Shown: piece after piece, positions 39,543-52,540 of the stretch
How positions within the stretch are numbered: position 1 is the first letter of the stretch
Layout of the letters: each line of letters opens with the position of its first letter
Source of the DNA: Camelus ferus
Taxonomy: Eukaryota
Assembly (NCBI RefSeq): GCF_009834535.1
Contig: NC_045696.1
Location: 61,754,001 to 61,818,000, forward strand
Direction of reading: 5' to 3'
Length of the DNA: 64,000 nt
Program-made: the position numbers and the translations under genes
The notes under the pieces: model-generated
What the model was told of the DNA's origin: nothing
What the model saw: the letters and a program-made list of their open reading frames with translations, nothing else
Database searches by the model: none

Positions 39543-41433
39543 TGATAAGTTATGGTAATATATGGTTAACAGGAGGTGAAGGAAAAAGGGAAAGTTTTTT
39601 TGTGCAGGTTACTTTCATTGTATGAGATACTTTGTACAAACCTTCTACAAGTTATTTTCATATCAGTTCATGCTACAGGAGAGTTTCAATCCTTTCCTTC
39701 ATTTATAGGATAATTCTGGAATGAATCATGCACCTTTGAAAAGCCCAGCTCACCAGTAAATTTCAGTGGGATGATCACTATAATTTATTATCTAAGCAGG
39801 GTACTTTTCAAGAGTGAGAAGGGGGGTGCCATTAAAAATATACCACTCAACAGTGGACACAAGAACAGGGTGGTAAATATCTTTACCTTAAGTATTAATT
39901 AGTCTATTTATGGCTTTATTGAGCTCATTGAAGGTGATCAGTGAGATGATATTCGTTAAATGAATTTCTAGACCTACTGTTTGTTTAAACCAGTAGAATT
40001 CTGCCAAATTGCCTGTCCTTCTTCCATCTAATCTTTTCCTACAGATTAGACTTAGGTTAATGACTTGCTTATTGTCATTAAAATTGTGACACTACTTTCT
40101 TCAAATATCCTAGGAACCATTGTCACAAGGGACAAAATTATAGAAGTTCTTACAATTATTATGTTCCCTATGATCTGTCTTTGAATTTTTACAGTGAATT
40201 ATAAGTAAATTATGAACTTTGTTTATATAGGAACAGTATATATGATTTTTTCTCTTTTTCAGCTTTTATTAGGTATTTCTTGAAAAAGTTTCTTTGAAAA
40301 TTTTAACTCTAGGATAATTATGCTCTACCTCCTGGTTGTTTCAGGAGAAAAGGAAATAACTTTTTAATAGTTATGAATATGATAGTTTAATAATATCCCT
40401 TAACAAAGAATGTCTGGTCACTTAAAAGCTAATAAAAACTTAGTAAGAATTATCTATTTATACTTAATTTGTTTTTCATTTTTTTTCATAGTTCATGTAA
40501 AATTATTTTAGGAGTTCCTCTAATTGTGATAGTTTTTTTTTTTAATTCAATTATTTTTCTGGGGTTTCTTCTTTTTGGGAATCTGCTTAAATGCTTGGTA
40601 AATGTAGTACAGTAATACACTGTTAATCTGATTTTTTTTCTTTGAATATTGGAGTATTTTGAATGAGATTTTTTAGTTGTTATTTAGTTGTACAGACTAT
40701 GTGTTCTACTTTAATGGGGTAAGAAATAAAAACACAACTTTTTCCAGCTTCCAGTTTATACTCAGGTTACATTAAAAACATAGCAAGCAGATTTTTAAAA
40801 TTTAATCTCATACTCGTTTGTAAGGAAGTAAGAATAGTTTTGCTGCACTTTTGACTCAGTGCTTTTTAAAATATGGCATAAGAGGAAAGTTATTCTTTCA
40901 TCACTGGTGTCTAGGGTGTGTATGTAGCTTTATGTAAAACCTACCATAAGAAAAAAGGAAGAAAACATTGTACGTCACATTCAGTAACTGGAGAGAACCA
41001 GACCACCCAATGGCTTGCATTGATTAGATTTCTGAGTATCTTAAATTCAAATGGGAATGGTCAAAAGTTTATCCTTTACTGAATGATTTCTAAAAGGCCT
41101 TGCGTATGTTTACCAAGTGCTCTATACCTTTAGGTGTTTAAACCTAATAGGCCTAGAAATCATGTAAACCCACCCATCATTTCATGAATGACACATTGAA
41201 GATTGAATGATATTCTTACGGTTTTCAATAATCTGTGTCTGACATAGGACTAAATATGACATTAATAATTATCTCTGGGTAAGATCAGAGGATGGGAAGA
41301 GGAGATTCTGATTAAGGAATTTTATTTTGATAACTTTGCTCATGAGAGAGTTGTTTTCTTTGTAAATGTATGTATTAAAGTGTCTTCTGCTGGATACTAG
41401 AGGCAGTGCCCAGACCATAAGTAGTGTATGTGA

Positions 41434-41595
<162 letters not shown>

Positions 41596-41711
41596 TAACA
41601 AATGAACAAATAACATTTATGTGTTACTTATAATTTTCTACCTTTTGTTTAAGTAAAATCCCTCTTCTGCTGTTAATATTTTTATGACAGTAAATGGATG
41701 GAGGAGAGAGA

Positions 41712-41890
41712 ACAGTGGTTAAAAAAAATATGAACTCTCAGCTGGACAGCTTGATTCTAAATATCAGATCCACTACAACTTGCTGAATAATTTTGAATGA
41801 GTTCCATAATCTTTGTGTTCATTTTCTCATTTGTGTGATAAGGAAAATAATACTACCTATCTTAGAGAATTCTTCTGAGGATTAAAAATG
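41712..41890 (+). mobile_element. MIR
   Basis: CAGTGGTTAA...TTTTCTCATTTGT...ATAATACTACCTATCTTAGAG. Confidence 0.6.
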
Positions 41891-42504
41891 TAAAAAACTG
41901 AAAACAGCCCCGGGACTGTTGTAATGTTGGTGCTGTCTTCTAACATAAACTTGGATTTGTCCCTGCCACTATTGGGGTAGATTTTTCTCATTATGCTGTT
42001 CTTCTTTCTTTGCTGGTAGCATGTGGCCTGATTGGGGGAGGCTGTATGACCCTGCATCAGAGATGATACGTTTTAAAAAAATAAATGTGTAAACGTCTTT
42101 CCCTAATTATCTTCTGTATCAGATATGGTGGAGTCAGGGGGAAAAAAACCCTTTCTCTCTGCTGGCTCTAATCTCAGTTCCAACCATGCCCTCTAGAGGA
42201 TTCAAAAAGAGCTACTACTGAGGTTTCTCCAACTGTGCAGAATTCAAGGCATTTCTTTGATCAGGAGACCAAAAACTTTTTCTTGTTTGCCTAGAGAGTT
42301 TGGCTCCTTTTTCAACTTTTTTTTTTTTTTTTAAGATAGATCCTCCAAAGGTTATTCAATCACAAAAAAGGAGATTTAAGTTCTATCAGATGGTCAATAT
42401 ATATGATTACTATTTGTAAATTTAGTGAGAAAGCTAGAAATTAACATTCTCAGACATTTTTGGTGGATACACAGATAAACTAAATTTGACTTTTTTGAAT
42501 AATA

Positions 42505-42680
42505 TTTTATCCTGGCCCTGCCACTTACTGGATGAATGATCTTGGGTAAGTTATCTAAAAATATGTATGCCAGTTTCCCCACTTGTAAAATGGGAATTAT
42601 AATAATAATAAACATACCTGTCTCATAAAGTTATCACGAGGTATGTTAATTCTTATGAGGTACTTGAACCAGTTATAAAT
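42505..42680 (+). mobile_element. MIR
   Basis: CCCTGCCACTTACT...CTTGGGTAAGTTA...CAGTTTCCCCACTTGTAAAATGGGAAT. Confidence 0.75.
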
Positions 42681-43659
42681 ACTCGTTTTAGCTATAAATG
42701 TTATGATCTGGACTAACTGTTGCTCTTCTAGGACTCTCTCTTGTAGAATTACTGAACATAAATGCACCACAATAAGTACAAAGCTGTTCTCTGCAGAGAA
42801 AACCCAACAATATCTTAAATGTCTAGTAGTACAGAAATGGTTAAATAAATTACAGTGTTTTTATGTTCTGTAAAGTTGTGTAGTTTGAATAATTCTTCTA
42901 ATTACAGAGATCTCTAAAAATAAATTAGGTTTTAAAAAGCAGCTTACAGAATATCCTAATTAGGTTAAATAAACCAGGCAGTTCATGGATATTATTTGTA
43001 AATGCATAACAGAAAGTGTAAACCTTACAAACCTGAATGTTAAGAGTGTTATGTATGGAGTAGAATGGGTTTAACAGTAGAAGGAAGGAAAAAATTCTAG
43101 ATTCTCAGCTTGACTTTTCCACTAAATTAACACTGAGTACTAAATTAGGCATTCTGTCCCACATTTACAAAATGAGGTGGACGGACTAGAGTAATGCTGG
43201 CTGAGACCTTGTAGGTACAGTTGCAGCTAATTGTGTTCTTTTCCTAGGCTCTCTGCTGAGTCAGAGTTATTGATTCTAACTTCTGTTTATTTCCTTCAGA
43301 AGTAGTTCCCACTCTCTGACCTTTGCCTGATCCACAGTTGACACAGTTTGCTGTCCACTTTTGGTGACTTTTTCTTTTAGAACTTTTTTAACTTTATTAA
43401 AACTTTTAGGGTAGATTTGTTTAGGATAAAAGGCCTCCTGATAATCTCCCCTCTACTTGTGGGAAGTAAAAGTTGAAAAGTGAGAATACATAACATCATC
43501 AGAATATTCTTAAGCCCATTTAGGTTTACTTTATTAATGCATTCTTTAAAAATAAGAGGCCGAAAAAAAAAAATAAGAGGCCGAATTTATAAATGTAATT
43601 AGTTAAGTCATATGAAGTGAACTCTTAGATAAAACAATCCATGGGCACCATTAACTTAA

Positions 43660-43926
<267 letters not shown>

Positions 43927-45584
43927 TAAAACATTTATTTATAACCTGCTTGTGCCAGGCACTGGCCAAGTATTTAGGATACAAAGTTGATAAAATCTAG
44001 TCTCTGTCCACACTCTGCATCTAAAAATCATTTGCTTCTGGGTTATGGGTTGAATGTGTTAGGTAAAGAATTTGTATTGAAAATGGCACTCTTAATTCTG
44101 ATCTTCTTCCCCAAAACCCATAATGTCAGTCTAATCATAGAAAAAAATCATAAAAATTCCAATAGAGAGGCATTGTACAATATAATACCTGACCATTACT
44201 CCTCCAAACTATCAATTTCATCAAAAGGAAAGGAAAGTCTGAAAAATTGTTATAGCCGAGAGGAGCCTTAGAAGACATGACAACTAAATGTCCTGGAGCA
44301 GAAACAGGAGCCAGTGAAATAGGGAAATCTACTGTGAATGCTGGAAGCCTGAAGGGCCCCTGTGAGGTTAGGGATGCCAGTCAGCAGGGATGTATCTTCT
44401 TCTTCCACAATACTTAGCTGCACAGGTAGAGAGGCAAAGAGTAGACAAATGAGTGCTATGAAGGGTAAAAGGATCAAAGAAGTGATTATGTGAAAGGAAT
44501 GCTCGACACTTGAGATCAGTCAGGATTTACTTAGATTCATTGGTGTCAAAGGATTGCTGGCATTGGGGTACTAGGAGTGAAAAGATAGGAAGTGGAGCAC
44601 AACTGAGATTTAAGAGTTGCAGTTATTGGTATTGATAAAGGCATAGGATATGACCTTGGGTGTGTGTGGCTGAGGTAGGCCAAAGGACAAGAAGTGTAAC
44701 CAAATGTTGAAGGGGAAGGGGGAGTGGTTGTATGAAGAAATTCAGGCCAGAAGGGGGAATGTGCCGAACCACATGGGTGTTTGAATGGAGGAGCTGAGGG
44801 AATGACCAGGAGTCCTCGGCTCCTTAAGTCACTAACATAAATGAAGATAAACAGTATAATAAGATTTATCCCCAAGTAGAGAAAAGGTTATTAAGTGCTT
44901 AGAGAGGAGGAGTACTTGGCACACGTGTTTGTCTTTATGGGCTTCCCCCCTAATCCCTTTTGATGGAAGTGTGGAAACTCAGAACAATCTTATGATCTTA
45001 AATTGATACTAATTGCTATGTCAGAGATAATTTTTTAGAATAGAATTTTTAAATGAAAATTTGGGAGAAAATGTCATGTAAAGAGAAGTGAACTTAGGTG
45101 ACAAGGAAATAGGCACAATAATATACTGATGATTTGAGTGTCAATTGGTAGCCTTTTTTGATGGCATTATGGTAATGTGGCAGAACCTTTAAATAATTCA
45201 GTAAAATATCTAGGTGACCTAGGGGTCAGCAGTGTTTTTAGATACATTATCAAAAGCATTATCCATGAAATAATAATCTGGGCTTCATTAAAATTGGACT
45301 CACTTTCTCTAGGAAAACATTATTAAGAGAATGAAATGACAAGTCACATATCAGGAGAAATTATTTCCAAAACACCTATCTGATAAAGAAATGTTATTCA
45401 AAATATGCAAAGAACTCTTAAAATTCAACAATAAGAAAGATAACTTAATGTAAAAATGGCAAAAGATTTGAACGGACAGCTCACCAAAGAAGATACACAG
45501 ATGGCAAATAAGCACATAAAAAGATGTTCAACATCGTGTCACTAGGGAATTGCTAAAGTAAAACAGCAATGAAATGCCACTGCA

Positions 45585-45732
45585 GGGGGAGGATATAGCT
45601 CAATGGTACAGTGCATGCTCAGCATGCATGAAGTCCTGGGTTCCGTCCCCAGTACCTCCATTTAAATAAACAAACAAACTTAATCCCACTCAAAAAAATT
45701 TTTTTAATGAGTTTGGCTTTAAAAAAAAGAAA
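45585..45732 (+). mobile_element. tRNA-Ala-derived SINE nested in an old L1
   Basis: Same head; flanked by GAAA(T)GCCACT on both sides. Confidence 0.9.
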
Positions 45733-46039
45733 GAAAGCCACTACGTATCTATTAGAATGGCCTAAAATCCAGAAAAGCTGAAATACCAAATGCTAGTGAG
45801 GATGTGGAGCTCTCATTCATGCTGATGAGAATACAAAATGGTACAGCTACTTTGGAAGACAATTTGGCACTTTCCTACAAAACTAGACATGTTCTTATCA
45901 TACAGTCTAGGATTGTGTTCTTATTAAAGTTGAAAACTTATGTCTGCGTAAAAACCTGCACACAATGTTTATAGCATCTTTATTCATAATTTCCCAAAAT
46001 TGGAAGCAGCCAAGATGTGAAATATATAAATATACTGTC

Positions 46040-46122
46040 TTTTTAATGGAGGTACTGGGGATTGAACCCAAGACCTCATGCATGTTAAGCATGCACTCTA
46101 CCACTAAGCTATACTCCTCCCC
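46040..46122 (-). mobile_element. tRNA-Ala-derived SINE (short tail)
   Basis: Same head on the minus strand; AATATA(C/T)TGT at 46029-46038 and 46123-46132. Confidence 0.9.
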
Positions 46123-46523
46123 AATATATTGTACTTTTTAAAGTGAATGAAATAGACTAGAAATAGTGCATCCATATGATGGAATATTATTCCATAACAT
46201 TAAAAAGATAAAAAGGTATGAGCTATCAAACCACAAAAGATGTGGAAGAACCTTAAATGCATACTTCTTAGGAAAGAATCTATCTGAAAAGGGTACATAA
46301 TGTATGATTCCAACTGTGGAGACTAAAAAAAGATCATTGGTTGCTAGGGGCTTAGTGGGGTAGTGAGGATGAATAGGTGGAGCGCAGGGAATTTTAGGAC
46401 AGTGAAATTATTCTGTATAATACTATAATGGAGGTAGATACATGACAATAAACATTTGTCTAACTAAACCCATAGACCTGCACAATACAAAGCGTGAACC
46501 CTAATGTAAACTAATAGACTTCT

Positions 46524-46662
46524 AGGGTTGGTTTTTTTTTTTTTTTTTGCGAGGGTGGAGGAATTAGGTTTATATTTATTTTTAGAGGATGTAGTGGGGA
46601 TTGAATCCAGGACCTTGTGAATGCCAAGCATGCACTCTACTACTTGAGCTATACAGTCCCCC
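46524..46662 (-). mobile_element. tRNA-Ala-derived SINE
   Basis: Same head on the minus strand; TSD ATAGACTTCT at 46514-46523 and 46664-46673. Confidence 0.9.
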
Positions 46663-47059
46663 TATAGACTTCTGTTTAATGAAAGTGTACCAGTATTGGC
46701 TGATCACTTATAACAAGTGTACCATACTAATATAAGATTTTAATAATAGGGGAAACTGCGTGTGTTGGAGAGGTTCGGTATATGGGAGCTCTGTACTATT
46801 TGCTCAATTTTCTGTATGTCTAAAACGTCTAGAAAAGTCTATTGAGTGCTTTTTTAAAAATTATTTAATTTCTAGGAATTTAAAATCAGAGAAGTACATG
46901 AAGAATACTAAAGAATGCAAGGATTTTCCAAAAGGGATTAACTAAATTATGACACATCCATATAATAAGGCACTATTCAATTCAGCCATTAAAATAATTT
47001 AGTGGATCTAATCTGTTATTAGTAATGACGAGGCTAGCTTTGTTTGGGGTTTTTAAGAC

Positions 47060-47640
47060 TTTGGTTTTTTTAAAAAGCAGTTTTACGTTCACAGCAAAAT
47101 TGAGAGGAAGGTACAGAGATTTCCCATATACCCTCTTCCCCCACATGTGCATAACCTCCCCAATTACCAACATTCCTAACCAGAGGGTACATTTCTTGGA
47201 ATCAGTGAACCTACATTGACACATCATTATCATCCAGAGTCCATAGTTAACATTAGAGTTCACTTTTTTTTCTCCTACCCCTATATTACCCTTCTCCCCT
47301 TTACTCTCCCCACTGGTAAACCTCTAGTTTGTTCTTTATATCTGTGAGTCTGCTTCTTTTTTGTTTTATTCACTAGTTTGTTGTATTATTTAGATTCCAC
47401 ATAGAAGTGACATCATACAGTATTTGTCTTTCTCTGTCTGACTTACTTCACTTAGCATAATGCCCTCCAAGTCAGTCCATGTTGCTGCAAATAGCAACAT
47501 TTTATTCCTTTTTATGGCTGAGTAGTATTGATGTCATATAGTCTATGGGTTTGGACAAATGTATAATGAATAACATGTGTCCCATTATTAAAGTATATTA
47601 AAAAGTATTTGCACTGCCTTAAAGATCCTGTATGCTCATC
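47060..47640 (-). mobile_element. Antisense L1MA-like 3' end with a nested L1 3' piece (~47265-47530)
   Basis: GCAGTTTTACGTTCACAGCAAAATTGAGAGGAAGGTACAGAGATTTCCCATATACCC. Confidence 0.7.
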
Positions 47641-48077
47641 TTTTTCATCTGTAGATATATAGATATAGCTAATTTAATTTTTTTTAAAAAGGGTTTCAAC
47701 AAATCCCATTGTTCTGAAATGTGATATGACTTGAAAGAAATCTAAGAAAGATAAATGGGATACTGTATGTTGATGGTGGGGTTGTGGTCATTTTTCTTTA
47801 TACTCTTATGTATTATAGTAGTTTTTGTATCAGTATGTATTGCATTTATAATCCAAAAAACCAAGTAAAATTAATTTTGAAAAAGAAGTCAGGGAAATGT
47901 AACATCTAAAAATAAAGGGAAAAATATTTAATCAAAGTGGGTAGAAATAAGAACCTCTCTTAAGTATGTATGGCAATTACCTTTAAAGAAGTGGGAAAAA
48001 AAATCCATAAAGTTTAAAGTGCTCTCTCACTTTGTTGAGCTACCTTAAGTATGTGAAAGTTGTTCTTCTATTTTTAG

Positions 48078-48263
<186 letters not shown>

Positions 48264-48683
48264 TAACCAACAAAAAATTTACATAGTGTTAATAATTACA
48301 TTTCACTGTTCATTCATTACCAGCAGCATGGCAGCTGCTGCAGTTTAGGATTTTCTCTGCTGGGAATAAAATACCCACAATGCTGTAATACATAAGTAGG
48401 TGAATTTTTGCTTATGATCAGTTCTCACACCAGTTCATTGCTGGCATAGTTATCTGGGTCATTTAACTGAGATTTTACAGTATTAAAAAAACTAAAAAAG
48501 ACTATGCTTTCAACCATAAAAGTTATATATCAATTATGTTGATTTTACATAGGTATTGAAATATGTGTTTATTAAATAAGTTGTGATCCGTAAAGTAGTC
48601 TTTAGGGCTTAATTGAAAGGAAATATTTAGCTTCTAAATTGGTGACATTTACACATTTTATTTTTCACCCCTCTTTCTGGCAG

Positions 48684-48770
48684 CATCCCTTCCTGAAACT
48701 GGCCAAACCATTATCCAGCTTGACACCACTGATCATGGCAGCTAAAGAAGCAATGAAGAGTAACCGTTAA
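48684..48770 (+). CDS. PAK2: PAK2 exon 15, last coding part
   Basis: ggcag|[34 protein letters not shown]. Confidence 0.97.
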   Translation, partial: HPFLKLAKPLSSLTPLIMAAKEAMKSNR

Positions 48771-51700
48771 CATCATTGCCGTGGCCTCAATTCTTTTTTC
48801 CATTTTCTAAAAGAAGTCTTTTAATATATGAAAATTATTACTCTTTGGGGGTTTAAAGAAATGGTCTGCATAACATGGAGGAATAAAAGCAAACTACTAC
48901 TTTCTGAAGACAACCAAGAGAAAAATGGCAAAACCAAATGACAACTTTCTATTGAATCCCTTCTTTAGGGTCCAAAAGGACTTGTGGACTGAATCACTAG
49001 CCTTACGTCTTTCAGCAGAAAGCCCATCAGGGCCATGTATCATGCTTGAGATTTGCATTTTAATTTGCTGACTTCATTAAAATAGAGCCCATTCATTGTC
49101 CCTTTGAGGGTATTTTCAATACTTGAATGGCAGATTTGAGTTTTTCAGAGTATTTGTTTCATCTGCTAGTCTTCTTTCCTCTCTTCATAGCTTCCTTTTT
49201 CCTTGACTTGCTCCTTTTGAGTTGTTTTGAGAAATCTTTCTTATGCCTAAACTAGAGGCAAGTGTGATAGAAATTATGTAGCTCCTTATATTGGCAAAGG
49301 AGCCCTATAATAGGTTTAACTTTGTATAGAAGTTAGGACCAGCTATTGTTACATGTACTATTTCAGTTCAGAATTTGAACTGAAGGAAGGGAAGAAAAGT
49401 ATGTGATTTTTACCTTTTTTAACAAATGTGAAAGAGTCAATTTTAGAAATTTCATGGTAGTGAGCTGTTTGGCATTTGTTACATGTATAGAGAGAAGACT
49501 AATAATCTATATTTATAACTAAATCATTGAGGCAGAAAAAGAATCCCATTGATTATACCTTCTTACAGTTTTGTTTTCCCTTCTGACTATGTCCTCTTCA
49601 GATTTGGCTTCAGGACTTTGTGCCGCTACTTTCCCCTTCCCTCTTTTTTCCCTTCATTTTGGAAATAAGTTTCTGTATATGTTGTAATTTTAGCTAGTTT
49701 GTTTTTTAATTAACCCTCTCTCACTCTACTCCTCCCCCCTTCCCATGGTAAATAATATAATAACCATTGAATTTTCAGAATAAAGTTAACCTTTTTTTTC
49801 CATTTAAAGGAGAAAAATATTTGGAGCTAGCAGAGACAAAGAGGGAGACTTAAATCTTGGTGAGCTCTAAAATAATTAGATAAGATTATATTCATGAAAG
49901 AGAAATGTCAGTTATATAGATACGCAGCTTCTGACCAGTAAACTGTAGAGATTTGTTATAAATGTTGTTTCCCACCCATTACCAAAAAATTACTGTCTAT
50001 GAGAACTTAAGTGACAAAATACATTTTGATAAATTCATGGGTCATTTGAAATGTTGAGTTACTTTAGATTTTTTCAAATAAGTAAATAATATTCATGTAA
50101 AAAACTGGGGAAAGGAAGAAAAATGAAATGTACTTGTTGATGGCAATACTTTTTATTTTAAAGATTTTAAAAAGGTCTGTGACCTATAGCATTATTAGAG
50201 TGCCCTCTCTTCTCCCCTCTCCTCCTCTCCTCTTCAAGACTTTCTCTCTTTTTCTCTCATTTTTTTAAATTGTTTTGACTGATGGAGGCAGCATTGTCTG
50301 TTCTGACATGCCAGGAGCCATGTAAAAGAGTCTGTGGTTTGGTTCTGGCAGTTGTTCCCACCGTTCACTTCTAGTTGACTTCACACCTACCTGCCATCCT
50401 GCAATAGTACAAATCATCAATAGAAATAGTTTTGATGTTTTGGAGTACATTAGGAGAACTAATAGAGTTTTATTTCCTGTCATTCCCATCATATCTGTGT
50501 TAGGATATAGGTATAAGGGTAGAAGTGGCTGGTTTTTTATTGATAATGCAGGAAGATTTTCACAAAAATGAGTAAAATAATTAATGAAACTTAAATCTAG
50601 AGCACTTAATGGTCTCTTTTCAGTTTGATTATTGACTTCATTTTTCTCTGGATTACATTGGCCTTCTACAGCTGTTACTAAATTACAGAAACAAGCTGGT
50701 TTATTTCTGGTGGAAAGCTACAGTGTCTCTTGAGTTCCAGATTTGAACATTCTTTGTAAATAGTTGTCTGGATGGATTATGATGAAGAAGATGCAACCAA
50801 TGAAATAGAAAATCAACTAGATGATGTAAGACTGATCATTATGACCACTCTAGAAGGCACTTCCATACATAAGTCATAAAGACTGTATTCATTTAATGCA
50901 GTGCCAGTGCTCCATTTTTATGCCTGTGACTCATCAAAGGTCTTTTCAGTTTATAGAAGCAGTTTGGAATTTGTATTTACAGCTTCTTTGATGGTTACTG
51001 TATGTCCATTGCTGGCAACGGACTTTTGTCATTAAAACCTGACTCCTAGGTTAAGGGAGCTACACTGTGGTTTATTCTTTACTTACTTGGATAAACTAAC
51101 TTGTAATAGAAATATGCTTCGGTTAATACTGAAATGTGTCAGTTTTTAATAATCTTAATCTTAAAAGCAATACAGAATTGTGATTTATTAATTTTAAATT
51201 AAAATGGTCAGATCTTGTTGCAAGAAAAATTATATTTGAATCAAAATTCATGTTTTTTTAAATAACTACCTTTTCTATTCACCCTTTTTGTCATTACTTG
51301 AGAATGAAAATTCCTGTTGAAATCTAAGTTACCTTAGTAGTCCTCTGGTATTATTAGGACAGTATTACTTACAGTATTTATTGTATTTCAGACTCTCTGG
51401 CAGTCTAAAAGTTTCCTTCGCCTCTTGTTCCTTTTGCTGCTTTTAGGGACAGTTAAAACTGGGAAACCATGAAACTATCGAACATTTTATCCCACCTAGA
51501 ATAGTGAACGAGTAGAGGGATTGTACTAGCATAAGAAACCAAGGCTACCACAACTCTGTCTTCATGAGTGCATGGCATGTAGTATCAATTCTCTTTCCCT
51601 CAACATATAAATATTAAGCTGCTTAAAATGTGTCTAGTTACCACCAGTCCTGAATGAACCGGTGCTTTTAATATGCAATTTAAAACTACCTATGAGTATT

Positions 51701-52540
51701 TCTTTGTAGGGCTCACATAAATACATGTTTGTTTATATATTACTGTATTCTAGCCAGAATAATTTTAGATCTGATCAGGCAGTAGCTATAATTAGAAAAA
51801 AAATGGGTGCTTTAAAAATGTGTATGAGTTTTTTAATCTGAAAGTAAAAGTTTAAAAATATACTGAGATCCATATCCAGTGAACTGTCCAAATCATTTAT
51901 AGAATATAGTAAAATACAGATTAATACTCGGGGTTTTTTAATAGTGAAATTTCATAGTAATATAAAAAGCAGATTGTCTTCCTTATCTCAACTGCTCCCA
52001 CAATAGATAAACAATTAAAGTCAGTTTTTCCACAGTGCGTGTACATGAGTATGTGTAAGAAAGGAAAAAATACACACACACAGATTTTATTCTTCACTAA
52101 CACGTTTATTGACCACTTGGGCAGAGACACTGTGGTGGTAGATATTGTGGGAATTACAGAGGAGAACCAAGCACTGGCCTGGCTTTGAGTGAACTGAAGT
52201 CTTTCTCATTCACCATTCTAGAATGTTGCCAAATGAGAGAAAAAGAAATTATGATAATTCTGTCAAACACATTTCCATTCTATATTAAACAGAGAACTAT
52301 ATTTGGAATTGAACATCTTTGGTAGGACTATCTTGCTTTTTTTTTTTTTGGTAGATGGAATTAAGTGAAAGTAACTTGTCTTTTCTGTTTTGTCTTCAAA
52401 TTTTATATTGACTTTTATTTTTAATTTAATCCCATTCAATTATTTAATTGTTACATTGACATTAACTGCTGTATTTGATGACCTTGTTCAATAATTTTGT
52501 TCTTTCAGGGCTAGAAATAAACTTTTTTTTAATGTTCATT
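48771..52540 (+). other. PAK2: PAK2 3' UTR (~3.8 kb; end approximate)
   Basis: AU-rich stretch after the stop with no repeats I recognise, ending at AATAAA 52516-52521 followed by U-rich sequence. Confidence 0.75.
52516..52521 (+). terminator. Probable main PAK2 polyadenylation signal
   Basis: AATAAA with U-rich flanks upstream and downstream; other AATAAA hexamers at 48882 and 49779. Confidence 0.7.

Larger units (their letters stand above)
45195..46860 (+). mobile_element. Ancient L1 3' portion hosting three SINEs
   Basis: ORF2 C-terminal and 3' UTR L1M phrases (CTCACCAAAGAAGATACACAGATGGCAAATAAGCAC). Confidence 0.75.
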
